Positions 46,403 to 58,606 of a stretch of 64,000 bases of DNA are shown one piece after another. The position numbers and the translations under genes are program-made. Every line of letters starts with the position of its first letter. Positions within the stretch are counted from its first letter, which is position 1. The DNA comes from Tricharina praecox (taxonomy: Eukaryota), in assembly GCF_024521635.1 (NCBI RefSeq), contig NW_026250405.1, forward strand, positions 1,116,001-1,180,000, read 5' to 3'. A model generated the notes under the pieces. It worked only from the letters and a program-made list of their open reading frames with translations. It was not told the DNA's origin and did no database searches.

Positions 46403-47204
46403 TGTAACGGCACGGTCGGGCAAGGCTTCAGGTAGCGAAGCCGGGCTGGGGATCGGGTTCAGGGTTCCGCAGAGGCAAGACGGGTTCAGGGGACAAGGTG
46501 CGGCAGGGCTCAGTGCAGACGCCAACTGAGAACAGAGGCAGGGAGAAGCACTACGGCGCAGACGGCAGCCGAGGCAAGGACAGAGGTAACAGTGGTTGAA
46601 TTAACAAGTTGTTGCGTGAAGAACTAAATACAGAGGGGCAACGGCCCGTTTATATAGGAAATCCTCCACTTCATCCCGCAACCTGGCAATGACCGTGGGC
46701 GTGTGCCAGACCCTGAGAAATCCACCTTGCCAGTACCCCACTTCCGTGACTCATACCCTGCGCAGCCGCACTACCCTTGCTTCCTGCACACAGCCCCAAT
46801 CTCCTGCGACTCATTACTGCGCTATTTCTGCTCCCTGCACACAGCCCCCAATGGAAATCGTTCACAGCTTGTACCTCGGTAAGGTTCTCCTCTGGTTCCC
46901 ATGTTGGTGCCCGCGTAGCCTCTCCATTTCACCAGGTACTGGAGTTTGCCCGTGAGGTCCCGGCAGTAGAGAACCTCTTCGACCTCCCATTCTTCTTGGT
47001 CGTACACGATTACCGGAAGTGGTGGCGGTGTAATTTGTCCAGGAAAGGGATCGTCAGCCCAGGCATGAAGGAGGAATACAGGAAATGTTCGGTGCTTCAG
47101 AACGGCGTCTGGGATGTCCAACTTGTAGGCGTGGCTTCCGATTGTCCGTATCACGCGGTACGGACCATGGTGTTTGTTTTCCAGCTTGCGACTGGGTCTC
47201 TCGG
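46403..47204 (-). mobile_element. 3' end of a family-A element: LTR (46403 to about 46850, internally deleted) fused to GPY/chromodomain coding sequence
   Basis: TGTAACGGCACGG start; ORF 46822-47154 ([17 protein letters not shown]); PPT and distal U3 are missing. Confidence 0.88.
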
Positions 47205-48035
47205 TGTGAGACTGGGACGGGTTCGTGTCGTCGGAGTCTATGGTAATATCGAGGATAGAATAAAAGTCAGGGATTTCGATAATTCACAACGGAATAATCT
47301 TAAGGGTGTTTGTTCGATGGTTTGTTCGGTGCGATGATTGTAGTTTGTTCGGTTGCACGCTCGGTTCGACTTATAGTCGTCCCGATCCTCAGCACGTGAT
47401 TCCTCTAGAGTGCGGCCTGACGTAGCTCCGTTGCTTCCTTTGCATCGGAGTTCCGTGGACTAGCCTTGAGTCGTCGTCAGCTCTCTTCGGATAGTGTTCT
47501 CGACTAGGCAAGTGGTAAACACCACGCGCCTAAGATAGATCGGAGTTTCTGAGCAATTATCTCCCTCATGCGCCGGCAGAGTTCTTTGCTCGAAGTTGTC
47601 TGCCCCCATAGGTCGATGTTCGATTCTCTCGTCATAACAGTTTTTCCCTGGATCGGAGTTCCTACTGCGGGGCCCTATGAACGGAGATCTCAAAGTCCTC
47701 TGGACTGTTATCCCGATCTGCTGCATCTCCGATCACTGTCTAGACTCTGGAATCCGTTTGCTCCCTCCTTCCTATCTTGTCCTTGATCGCTTCTAACTAT
47801 CCTTTCGGTTCGCAAGTCTATTCTGATCACCCGAACTATCTAATCACATCTCTCGCGACCGTCGTGACCTCCGATGCCTATCGGGGTGTCACACCATCTC
47901 CCCTCCCACGAGGCTTTGGCCCGAAGCACCCAAGTCCTCGCCTTTATCCTAACTTTGATAGCTGTGGATGAAGTCCTCCATCCCCTTCATCCTACTACCT
48001 GCCCAAGTTCGAGAAAACCACGTGGGAAAAAACTC

Positions 48036-51000
48036 TTACTCATCTGTGAGCCGGTAGTCCCTCGGCGCATCGGGATTTTTGCGATGAAACTCGCGTAGCT
48101 TTTCCCGACCGCCTACTGAGAAGTTGTCGAATGGCTCGTTCGTCCAGTCCCGTCGTTCGGGGTAGTTGAGCCATTTCACGAGGTAGAGCACTCGTCGACC
48201 TTTCTTCGAGCTGCCCATAACCTCATCGACGTTGTATTCTTCATTGCCTTTCACATCATCGGCCTCTCGTAAGATTTGAGAGGGATCCGGTGGTACTCGG
48301 GTGCCGGCTCCGAACGGTTCAACGAGCGAGACGTGCAAGACATTATGAATCTTCCACTTCCTTGGCAGAGTGAGCTTGACAGCGAGCGGCGATACGATCT
48401 TCTCGATTTGAAAGGGACCATGGTTCTTGTGGTCCAACTTCCGCGAGGGTCGGCGGGTTTGAATGTTCCGCCCATTGAGCATTACCAAGTCTCCTACTTG
48501 ATAAGCCGGTGCCTCCTGACGATGTTGATCTGCATACTTGCGCATTCGTTCGCGCGTTCGTTCGAGGGTCTTGATGTTTTCCTCGTGGACTGTATGCATC
48601 CAGTGAGCGTAGACCTTGCTGGCGGGGTTGAGAGAATTTGCCGCAGCAGGGTTTGTCGCCGACGGGTGGTATCCGAAATTCGCATAGAAGGGCGACATTC
48701 CGGTTGCCGATGTAACCGAGTTGTTGTAGGCAAACTCAGCCATCGGTAGGAGATTCACCCAATCGTTCTGTTCGTAGTTGACGAAGGAGCGGAGGTATGC
48801 TTCGATCGTCTGGTTGAGGCGTTCGTTTTGTCCATCCGTCTGTGGGTGGAACGCTGTTGACATCCGGGGCTTAATGCCTAGCAGCCGGATGAATTCTTTC
48901 CATGTACCCGAGGTAAACCGTGAGTCTCGATCCGACACTATGCCTGCTGGTAATCTGTGAAAGCGCCATATCTCGCGGGCAAAAATCTTCGCGAGATCCT
49001 TGGCTATCTTTCCATCCTTAGGTAGGGGGATGAAATGCGCCATCCTGGTGAAGCGGTCGACGACCACCCATAGCTGGTCGCATCCGTTGGATTCTGGTGG
49101 GTCGGTAATGAAGTCCATGGCTAAAGATTGCCATGGGGTGTATGGTAACTCGAGGTGATTGAGTAGTCCATACGGCTGATGCCTAGTTGCTTCGTCCTTC
49201 TAACACTGCGCGCAACTCCGGACGAAGTCTATAATCTTCTCGTCCATCTTCGGCCACCAGAAATTGCGCCGGATAAGTTCGATAGTCTTGTCCTGGCGCA
49301 TATGCCCTGCGACTTTCATATCGTCTTCCGACTCGAGGATGTGTCTGACGAGTTCCTTGTCGTTTGGTACCCATAGCCTTTCTTTCCTATACAGGCACCC
49401 CTCCTCCATCCTCAAAATCCTGGCCTTTCGACCCATCCTGCCACAGTCCCTACTCTTGGCGGCCAGTTCCCAGGCCTTGCTGCCCTCCGACTCAGTGTCC
49501 TTCTGAGCCGCGTCCTCGTTCGTGTCCTTGATGCTACTCAGAGCCTCCTGATACCCAGCATCTTCCTTTCCTGCCTTCCTGACCCAAATGAGAAATTCTT
49601 CATTCCACTTTGGCACGGGGATTGAATGTAGCCGAGTTGACGAAGCCAGGAACACGGTGCTCTCGCCTCCGGTGCTGATTGATGAAACTCTCAAATCGTC
49701 GCCTGCAAAGTGTGATTTATGCAGGATCATTGTAATCGGCTGATCTTCACCCCCCCCTTTTTCAGGGCGGTACTCCGGGCGCCTGGATAATGTGTCAGGC
49801 TTGCCGTTCTGGCTGCGGGCCCGTAGTAGATTTTGAAGTCGATGCCAGCTAGTTCTTGTGCCCATCTCGCCTGCCGTCGATCGAGTACTTTCGTAGTTGT
49901 GAAGTACTCAAGTTGAAATTGCGTCGGATGAGTTCGATAGTCTTGTCCTGGCCCATATGCCCCGCGACTTTGGTATCGTGTTCCGGCTCGAGGATGTGTC
50001 TGACGAGTTCCTTGTCTTCTGGTACCCATAGCCTTTCTTTCCTATACAGGCACCCCTCTTCCATCCTCAAAATCCTGGCCTTTCGACCCATCCTGCCGGA
50101 GTCCCTACTCTCGGCGGCCAGTTCCCAGGCCTTTCGGCCCTCCGACTCAGTGTCCTTCTGAGCCGCGTCCTCGTTCGTATCCTTGATGCTACTCAGAGCC
50201 TCCTGATACCCAGCATCTTTCTTTCCTACCTTCCTGACCCAACCGAGAAATTCTTCATTCCACTTTGGCACGGGGATTGAATGTAGCCGAGTTGACGAAA
50301 CCAGGAACACGGTGCTTTCGCCTCTGGTGTTGATTTATGAAACTCTCGAATCGTCGCCTGCAAAGTGTGATTTATGCAGGATCGTCGTAATCGGCTGATC
50401 TTCACCCCCCCCTTTTTTCAGGGCGGTACTCCGGGCGCCTGGATAATGCGTCAGGCTGGCCATTCTGGCTGCCGGGCCGGTAGTAGATTTTGAAGTCGAT
50501 GCCAGCGAGTTCTTGTGCCCATCTCGCCTGCCGTCGATTGAGTACTTTCGTGGTTGTGAAGTACTCAAGGTTCTGGTGGTCGCTGTACACCTGGATCTGG
50601 TGTTTTGCTCCCTCGAAGTATTGCCGCCAGCGTTTGAAAGAGTCTACTATCGCGAGTAGTTCCTTATCGTGAATCTCGAAGTTGATTTCGGCTGGGGTAA
50701 ACTTTCTTGAGTGGAACGCAAACGGGTGTAACTTCCCATTCTCTGCACTTTGAGAAAGGACTGCGCCCAACACGAAGTCTGAAGCGTCGGATTCCACCAC
50801 GACAGGTAGTTCTGGGTTGCAGTGCCCTAGAATCGTTGCCGTGGTGAACCTAGACTTCAGCTCTTCGAATGCCAGTTCCATCTCCCCTGTCCATCTCCAA
50901 TCTTTCCCTTTTTCTTTCTTGCTCTCGGTCAAGGGTCTCGTGATCTTTGAGAAATCCTTGATGAAGCGCCTGTAAAAATTGTGGAACCCAAGAAAGGCTT

Positions 51001-52506
51001 GTACTTCCTTGAGCGACCGCGGCGCCTCCCACGAGAGCACAGATTCCAGCTTGTCCTTAGCCATCTCAATTCCATCTTGGGATATCACGTATCCTAGGAA
51101 CTCGACTCTCCCTGTCGACCAGACACACTTCTCTGGTGAGATTGCCAACTGATTTTCTTCCAACCTCTTTAGTACCTCGATGACTATCGTGTCATGCTCC
51201 TCCTGCGTCTTCGCATAGATGAGGAGGTCATCGATGTACGCGGCCAGTCCCAGGTCCAACATATCCCGAAATATGTGGTTAATCATGTCCTGAAACGTCG
51301 CTGGAGCGCTGGTCAGCCCAAACGGCATGACCAAAAACGCAAACAGTCCGTATCGACAGCGGAAAGCCGTCTTCCACTCGTCACCTTCCTTGATGTGGAT
51401 AAGGTGATAGCCATTCTTCAGATCAATCTTGGTGAAGACTTTCGCACCCCTGACTCGGTCTTGCAACTCTGCCATGATCGGGAGTGGGTAGCGATTGACT
51501 ACGGTAATCTTGTTGATACCGCGATAGTCGACACACAATCGGAGACCCCTGCCGTGCGCCTTTGGTACAAATAATATCGGCGCCCCGGCTGGTGATTTGG
51601 ATCTTCGTATCTTGCCTGTCTGGAGCATCTCCTTGAGCCACACACTGAGGGCCTCAAGTTCTTTCTCTGACAGCGCATAGATAGGACCCCATGGAGGAGT
51701 CTCTCCTTCCTTGAGATCGATTGCGTGGTCGTAGGAGTTGTGGTCGGGAAGCTTATCGGCTGCTTCCTTGCTCATGATGTTGGCATATCGTCTGAACTTC
51801 TCCGGAAGCAGATTTATGGGTGGATCTGATTCCGGGCCAGCTGAGACGTATCCAATAATGCGAGCCTCCGAATTGTGAATGACAGACGTGTCAAGTTCCA
51901 TCGGAAAGCTGGTTGCTTGTTGCAAGGTGCATTGTTCCTTGCATCGGGTGCTGGTGAAGCGAATTTTCTGTGCTTCTTTCTCCCACAACCCTGTCGGTTC
52001 ATGCTTAGCCATCCACCAATACGGGAGGTAGGCATCGCAGTCGTCCAAGGGAGCCACTTCGAAGGTTTCGTTGGTGTAGTGTCTCCGGTGTTGGAGGAGC
52101 ATCGGCATTGTATAATATTCCCCGCTCCATCCACTATGGTTCCGTGGAAGTCCTCGATTTCCACCGGCTTGGGCCGTTGGATGAGGGGCAACCCAAGTTC
52201 TCGTGCAAGGCTTCGTTTGATGAATGGAATGGCACATCCTGTGTCGAGGAGTACTCGGATCCGTCGTCGCTTGTGCTCAGACCAGAGGAGCATCATTTCT
52301 ATGATTGGTCGTGGTCCGCTGACAGGTTTTGGGGGCTCACACCCTGAGGCGCTCGGCGCGGTTGGACTCGTAGAAATAGGTTGGTCCGTTCGTCTTCGCT
52401 TATCTCTGGATTCGCTGTCGATATCCTGAGGCCGTGGTCTCTTCGTTCCGCAAACATATACACTTGGCCGTCCAGTCTGCGGAGTGCTGGGGCCGCTCAA
52501 AAATCC
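48036..52506 (-). pseudogene. pol: Pol of E6 with frameshifts and an internal duplication
   Basis: ORFs 51814-52500, 50402-52237, 49849-50310, 49200-49865, 48036-49118. Confidence 0.92.
49260..50571. repeat. About 656-bp tandem duplication inside E6 pol (RNase H end, linker, zinc-finger start)
   Basis: 49260-49914 vs 49915-50571; both encode SSTRLHSIPVPKWNEEFL..KDTNEDAAQKDTESEG..QDKTIELIRRNF. Confidence 0.93.
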
Positions 52507-54499
52507 TCTGGCTCACTCTCATTCCTTTCCCAGAATGGAGGGACCTCCGTCATTGCTTCATCCTCCACCACAACCGCCGCAGCCTTGTGTTGCTTGGACC
52601 TCGGTCGAGTGGGTTCGGCATCCTGGGTGTCCCGCTTTCTCTTTGTCACGGATGACACCTTTGGACTCTCGGGGAGTTCGGTACCCGCGACTGTTTTTCT
52701 GGCGTAGCATTGGAAGGTCGGTGGCCATCTCGTCCGCAACGCGAACAGTCGCATTTGGATGCTTTGTGGGCATCGATCTCCTTCTGGGGAACCCCTACCA
52801 GAGCCTCCTTTGCTCCTGCGTAGATGTCCCCTTCCCTTGTCCTTCCCTTTCTTACTCCTGTTGCTTCCTTGGCCTTTCGGCCCTCCGGGGACTCCCCGCT
52901 TTCCTTGCGGCCCCCGGGGTCTCTTCCCTTTCCTTGGCCCTGCCGGCCGTTGCCAGGTCCCTTCCGGTCGCCGCCGGAACCCTGGCTACCCGATTCCCCT
53001 TTCCTCATTGCCTTTGCCTTTTTCAGCGCGTCCCGTCGTTCCACATGGTTGCCAGCCCTGAGCACCGTTTCCAGGAAGTCTTCATCGTCTTCGTAGGGTT
53101 CGGTGTGCTGGTTGAAGCACATATTGACGATGTCGGTAGTCATGGCCTGGTTGACTATGTCTTGTAGCGGTTCGCCGATGGCGGGAGCGATCATGTTGAG
53201 CGATCGGAAGGAGGTCATGTAAGCCTGAATGTCTCCTTTGTATTCGAGGGCCCACATCCTTCTTAATGCGTTCGCTCCTTCCTGCGTGTCGCGGTACGCC
53301 TCCTTGAGTGCCTCTTGGTACGCCCGCCAGGTATCTTCCAAGTGTAGCTGCCTCAGGCTTTTTCGACGGGCCTGATGCCATTCTGCCGCTGTTCCTTCCA
53401 GTCGGGATCCCACCCGCGCTATCTTCTGCTGCTCGTTTGCCTCTGGGTGGAACTCAAAATATTCTTCGACTGAGTCCCACCATGGACGGAAGGCTGTCCT
53501 TTGCTTGCCATCGAACGGTTTGGGCTCTTTCATTTTAAGCTTGATGGCCCTCGGGTTCGATGCGGAGACGGCAGCAGCGATTATCCGAGCGAAGCGACTC
53601 TCTTCGTCTTCGCCGTCTTCTCTTGGTAGCGGAGCGTGTCGGTGACGGGGCGGGGAACGACGCGGCAAAGGGATGCAATCGTCATCATCCGATGGTTCCT
53701 CATCCGAGGGCTCACCTCCAAGATTAGTCACCGGACGTCTTAGGGGTGGAGGAGGAGGGAACATTCCTGCAACTGCCGGAGTTTCCCTTGTTGCTGATCT
53801 TTCTGCCCTCGATCCTCCTCTTGGGGTGGTGTTCACCCACTCTGGGGCCTTTTCCTTCGCCTTCCCTGTCTTTACCTCTACAGCCTTCAATTTTTTCTCT
53901 GCTGCAGCGATTTTTTCCTTGATTCGCTGTTGCTCCTTGTAGAGGTACTCTGCCTTCTCTTCCTGTTTCCCTGCCCAAATTTCCACGTTGCGGTTGTACA
54001 CCGCTTGCTCCCTGCGTTGTTCGACTTGCGCCGTTTCGAGGAACACGATGGCGTTTTGTAGCCGAGCGTTTGCGACGCTTCGCAACTCGCGGTTGTCTTC
54101 ATCTTTCTGGTTACGTTCTCAAATGACTGCCCATACGTCGCTGCTCAGGGCGTGCGTTGCGTTCGCTACCGTTGACAGCTCGGTGCGAAGCCATTCTGTA
54201 TTCATTTCGGCATTGTGAGCGTAGAGGTTGTACACATACTTGACCCCATCGCAGAGTTGTTCGTAGTTCCTTCCGATTTCCTGCATTCTGGAGTCCTGTT
54301 CGTTGAACATCTGATCGCATGCTTGGTAAAGTTGGCGCAGGTCTCTTTGTGCCGTTTGGTATTGGTGGTTCATCAGCCTGAGCCAAGCTGCTGGGTTTTG
54401 TACTTCGACAGTTTCGGATGCTTGCGGAATGCTAACGAGCGCATTGCTTAGGGTCTGAGGAAGTTCGAGGCGGAGCATGTCGAGGTTTGAGGAGGACAT
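52497..54499 (-). pseudogene. gag: Long Gag of E6 (about 670 codons; one premature stop, one frameshift)
   Basis: ORFs 54119-54499 and 52646-54085 are in the same frame; PKPFDGK..FRPWW capsid motif; CSRCGRDGH knuckle; ends EPEDF*. Confidence 0.88.
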
Positions 54500-55229
54500 T
54501 TCGATAGAAATCGGTGACTGTAACCTTTAAGATTATAGTGTGAGACTGGGACGGGTTTGTCTCGTCGGAGTCAATAGTAAAGTCGAGGATAGAATAAAAG
54601 TCAGGGATTTCGATAATTCAGAACGGAATAATCTTAAGGGTGTTTCTTCGATGGTTTGTTTGGTGCGATGATTGTTGTTGGGTTCGGTTTGCCTGCTCGG
54701 TTTGACTTATAGTGGTTCCGATCCTCAGCACGTGATTCCTCTAGAGTGCGGCCTAACGTAGCTCCGTTGCTTCCTTTGCATCGGAGTTCCGTGGCCTAGC
54801 CTCGAGTCGTCGTCAGCTCTCTTCGGATAGTCTTCTCGACAAGGCAGGTGGTAAACACCACGCGCCCAAGATAGATCGGAGTTTCCGAGCAATTATCTCC
54901 CTCATGCGCCGGCAGAGTTCTTCGCTCGAAGTTGTCTGCCCCCATCGGTCGATGTTTGATTCTCTCGTCATAACAGTTTTTCCCTGGATCGGAGTTCCTA
55001 CTGCGGGGCCCTATGATCGGAGATCTCAAAGTCCTCTGGACTGTTATCCCGATCTCCCGCATCTCCGATCACTGTCTAGACTCTGGAATCCGTTTGCTCC
55101 CTCCTTCGTATCTTGTCCTCGATCGCTTCTAACTATCCGTTCGTCTCGCAACTCTATTCTAATCACCCGAACTATCTAATTACATCTCTTGCGACCGTCG
55201 TGTCCTTCGATAGCTGTCGGGGTGTCACA

Positions 55230-56145
55230 ACGAATCCCTCAAGCTTTTCCCTGGTGCCGTCGAACATGGCAGGTTCCGGGACAGGTTCTGCACGGCCCTG
55301 GGGTTGAGTTGCCAGGATGGCAAGTCGGTTAGCGATGCGACGGGAGTTGGCAAGTTGTTCTTCGAGGTCGTCTACTCGCCAGGCTGGTGCTGCTGTGGGG
55401 GACTGGGTAATTGCGCATGCGATGATTTTGAATTGGTTATACAACCCTTTCAGGGCCGCATTCTCGGCGGGTGTATCATGGTTAACGATGATTTCGAGTT
55501 GTTCGTAGATGGCGGCGGGAATTTCTCGGTAGTAGGGTGGTGCCACCGGTACTTCCTCCTGCTGGGGAAGGTCTAGTGCTGGGGTGTTGGTGGCCATGGT
55601 TTTTCGCTAGGTGGAGAGATGGGCGACGCAACAAAGTGTAACGGCACGGTCGGGCAAGGCTCCAGTTAGCGAAGTCGGGCTGGGGATCAGGTTCTGGGTT
55701 CGGCAGAGGCAAGACGGGTTCAGGGGACAAGGTGTGGCAGGGCTGAGTGCAGACGGCAACTGAGGACAGAGGCAGGGACAAGGACTACGGCGCAGACGGC
55801 AGCTGAGGCAAGGACAGAGGTAACAGTGGTTGAATTAACAAGTTGTTGCGTGAAGAACTAAGTACAGAGGGGCGCCGGCCCGTTTATATAGGAAATCCTC
55901 CACTTTTCCCGCAACCTGACAATGACCGTGGGCGTGTGCCACACCCTGAGAAATCCTCCTCGCCGATAGCCCGCTCCAGTGACTCACAGCCTGCGCTGCC
56001 GCGCTACCCCTGTCTCCAACACACAGCCCCAATTCCTCCATCTCATTCCTGCATTGCCGCCTGCGCAGCCCCCTGCGCAGCCGCTGCGCTGCCTTCCGGC
56101 CCCTATTCCGACTCTTCCTCAAACGTTCCGTGGTGAGCCGTGACA
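55230..56145 (-). mobile_element. 5' end of a family-A1-type element: LTR 55637-56145 plus gag N-terminus
   Basis: MATNTPALDLPQQEEVPVAPP...EKLEGFV, cut by the E6 LTR. Confidence 0.92.
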
Positions 56146-56745
56146 CTTGATGCGTACCAGGTGACACCCATTCTTCAGGTCAATCGTGGTGAAGAACTGT
56201 GCTCCACGGATCCTGTCTTGTACCTGAGACATGAGGGGAAGTGGGTATCGATTGGCGATAGTGATGTGGTTGAGTCCTCGATAGTCGACGCAAAGGCGAA
56301 GACCACGTCCATGTGCTTTCGGGACGAAGAAAATGGGGGCTCCCGCTCTGGTGGTGGACCGACGTATCTTTCCTGTCCGTAGCATGTCCTTCAACCATTC
56401 TCAGAGGGCTTTGAGCTCTGCTTCCGAGATGGCATAGATCGGACCCCAAGGAGGTGTGGTATCTTCCTTGAGCCGGATCTCGTGGCTGTAGGAGCGGTGT
56501 TCCGGAAGTGCATCTGCGGCTTCTTTTGCCATGATATCTCGGACTTTTCGTGCGTATCGCTGCGCCACTGATCCCACCTAGACTCTGGTTCCGTTTGCTT
56601 CCCTCCTTCCTATCAAGTCTCTCACTAGCTACGACTAATCTAAAGGTTTTCTCCTGCTCCCGGATCAATCTAACTATTTTTCCCGAACTTCCGTTGGTAA
56701 AAAGCCGGACCCTGAAGTCCAGCCGGCAGCGATCAGGGTGTCACA
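56146..56745 (-). mobile_element. Internally deleted family-C fragment: RT piece (56146-56537) fused to the LTR 5' end (56539-56745)
   Basis: [20 protein letters not shown] end CAGGGTGTCACA. Confidence 0.85.
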
Positions 56746-56789
56746 CTAGCCTTAAGTCATGGTCAGCTCTCTTCCGAAAGTCTTCACGA

Positions 56790-57818
56790 CATCTGATTCT
56801 GGGCCGGCTGAGACGTATCCGATAACGCGAGCATCCGGATTGTGAATGACAGACGAGTCAATTCCATCAGAAACCTGGTCGCTTGACGCAGGGCGCATTG
56901 TTCCTTGCATTGGGCACTGGTGAAGCTGATTTTCTGGGCGTCATTGTTCCAGAACCCGGCTGGTTCATGCTTAGCCATCCATCAATATGGGAGGTAGGTG
57001 TCGCAGCCGTCCAAGGGAGCCACTTCGAAGGTTTCGTTGGCGTAGTGTCTCCGGTGTAAGAGGAGCATCGGCATTGTATAATATTCTCCGGCTCCTTCGA
57101 CTATGGTTCCGTGGAAGTCGTTGATCTCCACCGGCTTAAGTCGTTGAATGATGTCACAGCCCGCGACGGAATGACAAAGGGAGGGTTGGCGCAAGGATCG
57201 TGACAGTTGGGAGGCAGTGCACAGGCAGTGCAGCGGCAGTGCAGGATGAGCTGCAGAGGATTGGGGGCTGTGCGCAGGGAGCAGGGATAGCGCAGTAATG
57301 AGCCGCAGGGGACTGGGGCTGTGTGCAGGAAGCAGGGGTCGTGGGGCTGCGCAGGGTATGAGTCACAGAAGCAGGGTACTGGCAAGGTGGATTTCTCAGG
57401 GTCTGGCACACGCCCACAGTCATTGTCAGGTTGCGGGAAGCAGTGGAGGTTTTTCTTTATGAACGGGGTGTCGCCCCTCTGTATTTAGTTCTTCACGCAA
57501 CAACTTGTTAATTCAATTACTGTTACCTCTGTCCTTGCCTCGGCTACCGTCTGCGCCGTAGTCCTTGTCCCTCCCTCTGTTCTCAGTTGCCGTCTGCACT
57601 GAGCCCCGCCTGACCTTGTCCCCTGAACCCGTCTTGCCGATACCGAACCCAGAACGCGATCCCCAGCCCGGCTTCGCTACCTGGAGTCTTGCCCGACCGT
57701 GCCGTTACAAATGATGGCCAACCCAATTTGTCGTGCAAGGCTTCGTTTCATGATTGGTATGGCACATCCTGTGTCGACGAGTACACGAATCCGTCGTCGC
57801 TGGTTCTTAGACCACGGG
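56790..57818 (-). pseudogene. Family-B-like protease-region fragment, split by a solo A LTR
   Basis: RIRVLVDTGCAIP (57720-57800) and VEGAGEYYTMPMLLLHRRHY (56990-57150). Confidence 0.85.
57152..57709 (+). mobile_element. Solo family-A2-type LTR (558 bp)
   Basis: TGTCAC...GTTACA; TSD AATGA at 57147-57151 and 57710-57714. Confidence 0.95.
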
Positions 57819-58606
57819 TGTGACACCCTGGTCGCAGTTGGCCCGGCTTCAGGGTTCGGCTTCTTACCAACGGAAGTTCGGCAAAAATAGTTAGATAGAT
57901 CGGGGAGCAGGAGGAAAACCTTTAGATTAGTCGTAGCTAGTCGGAGACGAGATAGGAAGGAAGGAAGCAAACGGAACCAGAGTCTAGGTGGGATCAGAGG
58001 CGCAGCGATGCGCACGAAAAGTCCGATACAGTCATGCTCCACTTGAGGCAGGCGAATCGCGAACAAGCGCAGAGAAAACTCTGATCGGAGAAAAACCACT
58101 ATGACGAGTGTTGCCCCTCTTCTCGCGTCCCAAGCAAATAAGAGCCGTGCGGAAAGGCGCAGCCGTTGCCCAGCGAAGAGATAGCTGGCACCGGACTATG
58201 CTCGGGTAAGAATTGGTGCGCCATACCTGCCTAGTTAGTATAAACTATCCTGAAAGCTTACGGCGACCCTGATGACATGGCGCAGGAAGTCTCCGCACCA
58301 AGTGCAGAGATTTCATGTTCGGGCTTCAATCCGGCAACAAGCTACGGCAACGGCTGGCACGTGACCCGACCATATCACCCAACTATATAGACTTCCGACG
58401 ACATGGCGAAAGATTCATCATCAGAATCAGCAACCAGAAAACCATCGACACTACCCCTTAAGATTATTCCGCTTGTGAAAAGAAGGCTATCTATTTTCAT
58501 TCTAAACCCCATTCTATCAATCGACTCCGACGACCGTAATCGTTCCAGTCTCACACTATAATCTTAAGAAAAATCGATCCTTTTCTAAAGAATTACCACC
58601 TACGAA

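Larger units (their letters stand above)
47205..55229 (-). mobile_element. E6: full-length family-B chromovirus, degenerate
   Basis: LTRs 47205-47893 and 54539-55229; PPT GGGAGGGGAGATGG; gag, PR (LLDTG), RT (YIDD), RH, IN, chromodomain EEYNVDEVMGS..YLVKWLNYP; flanks do not form a TSD. Confidence 0.95.

Noticed and set aside
56539..56745. Missing remainder of the C LTR interrupted at 21288
   Set aside because: It overlaps the left piece by about 20 nt rather than 5, is fused to C-family RT, and its flank (CTAGC) does not match GCGAC.
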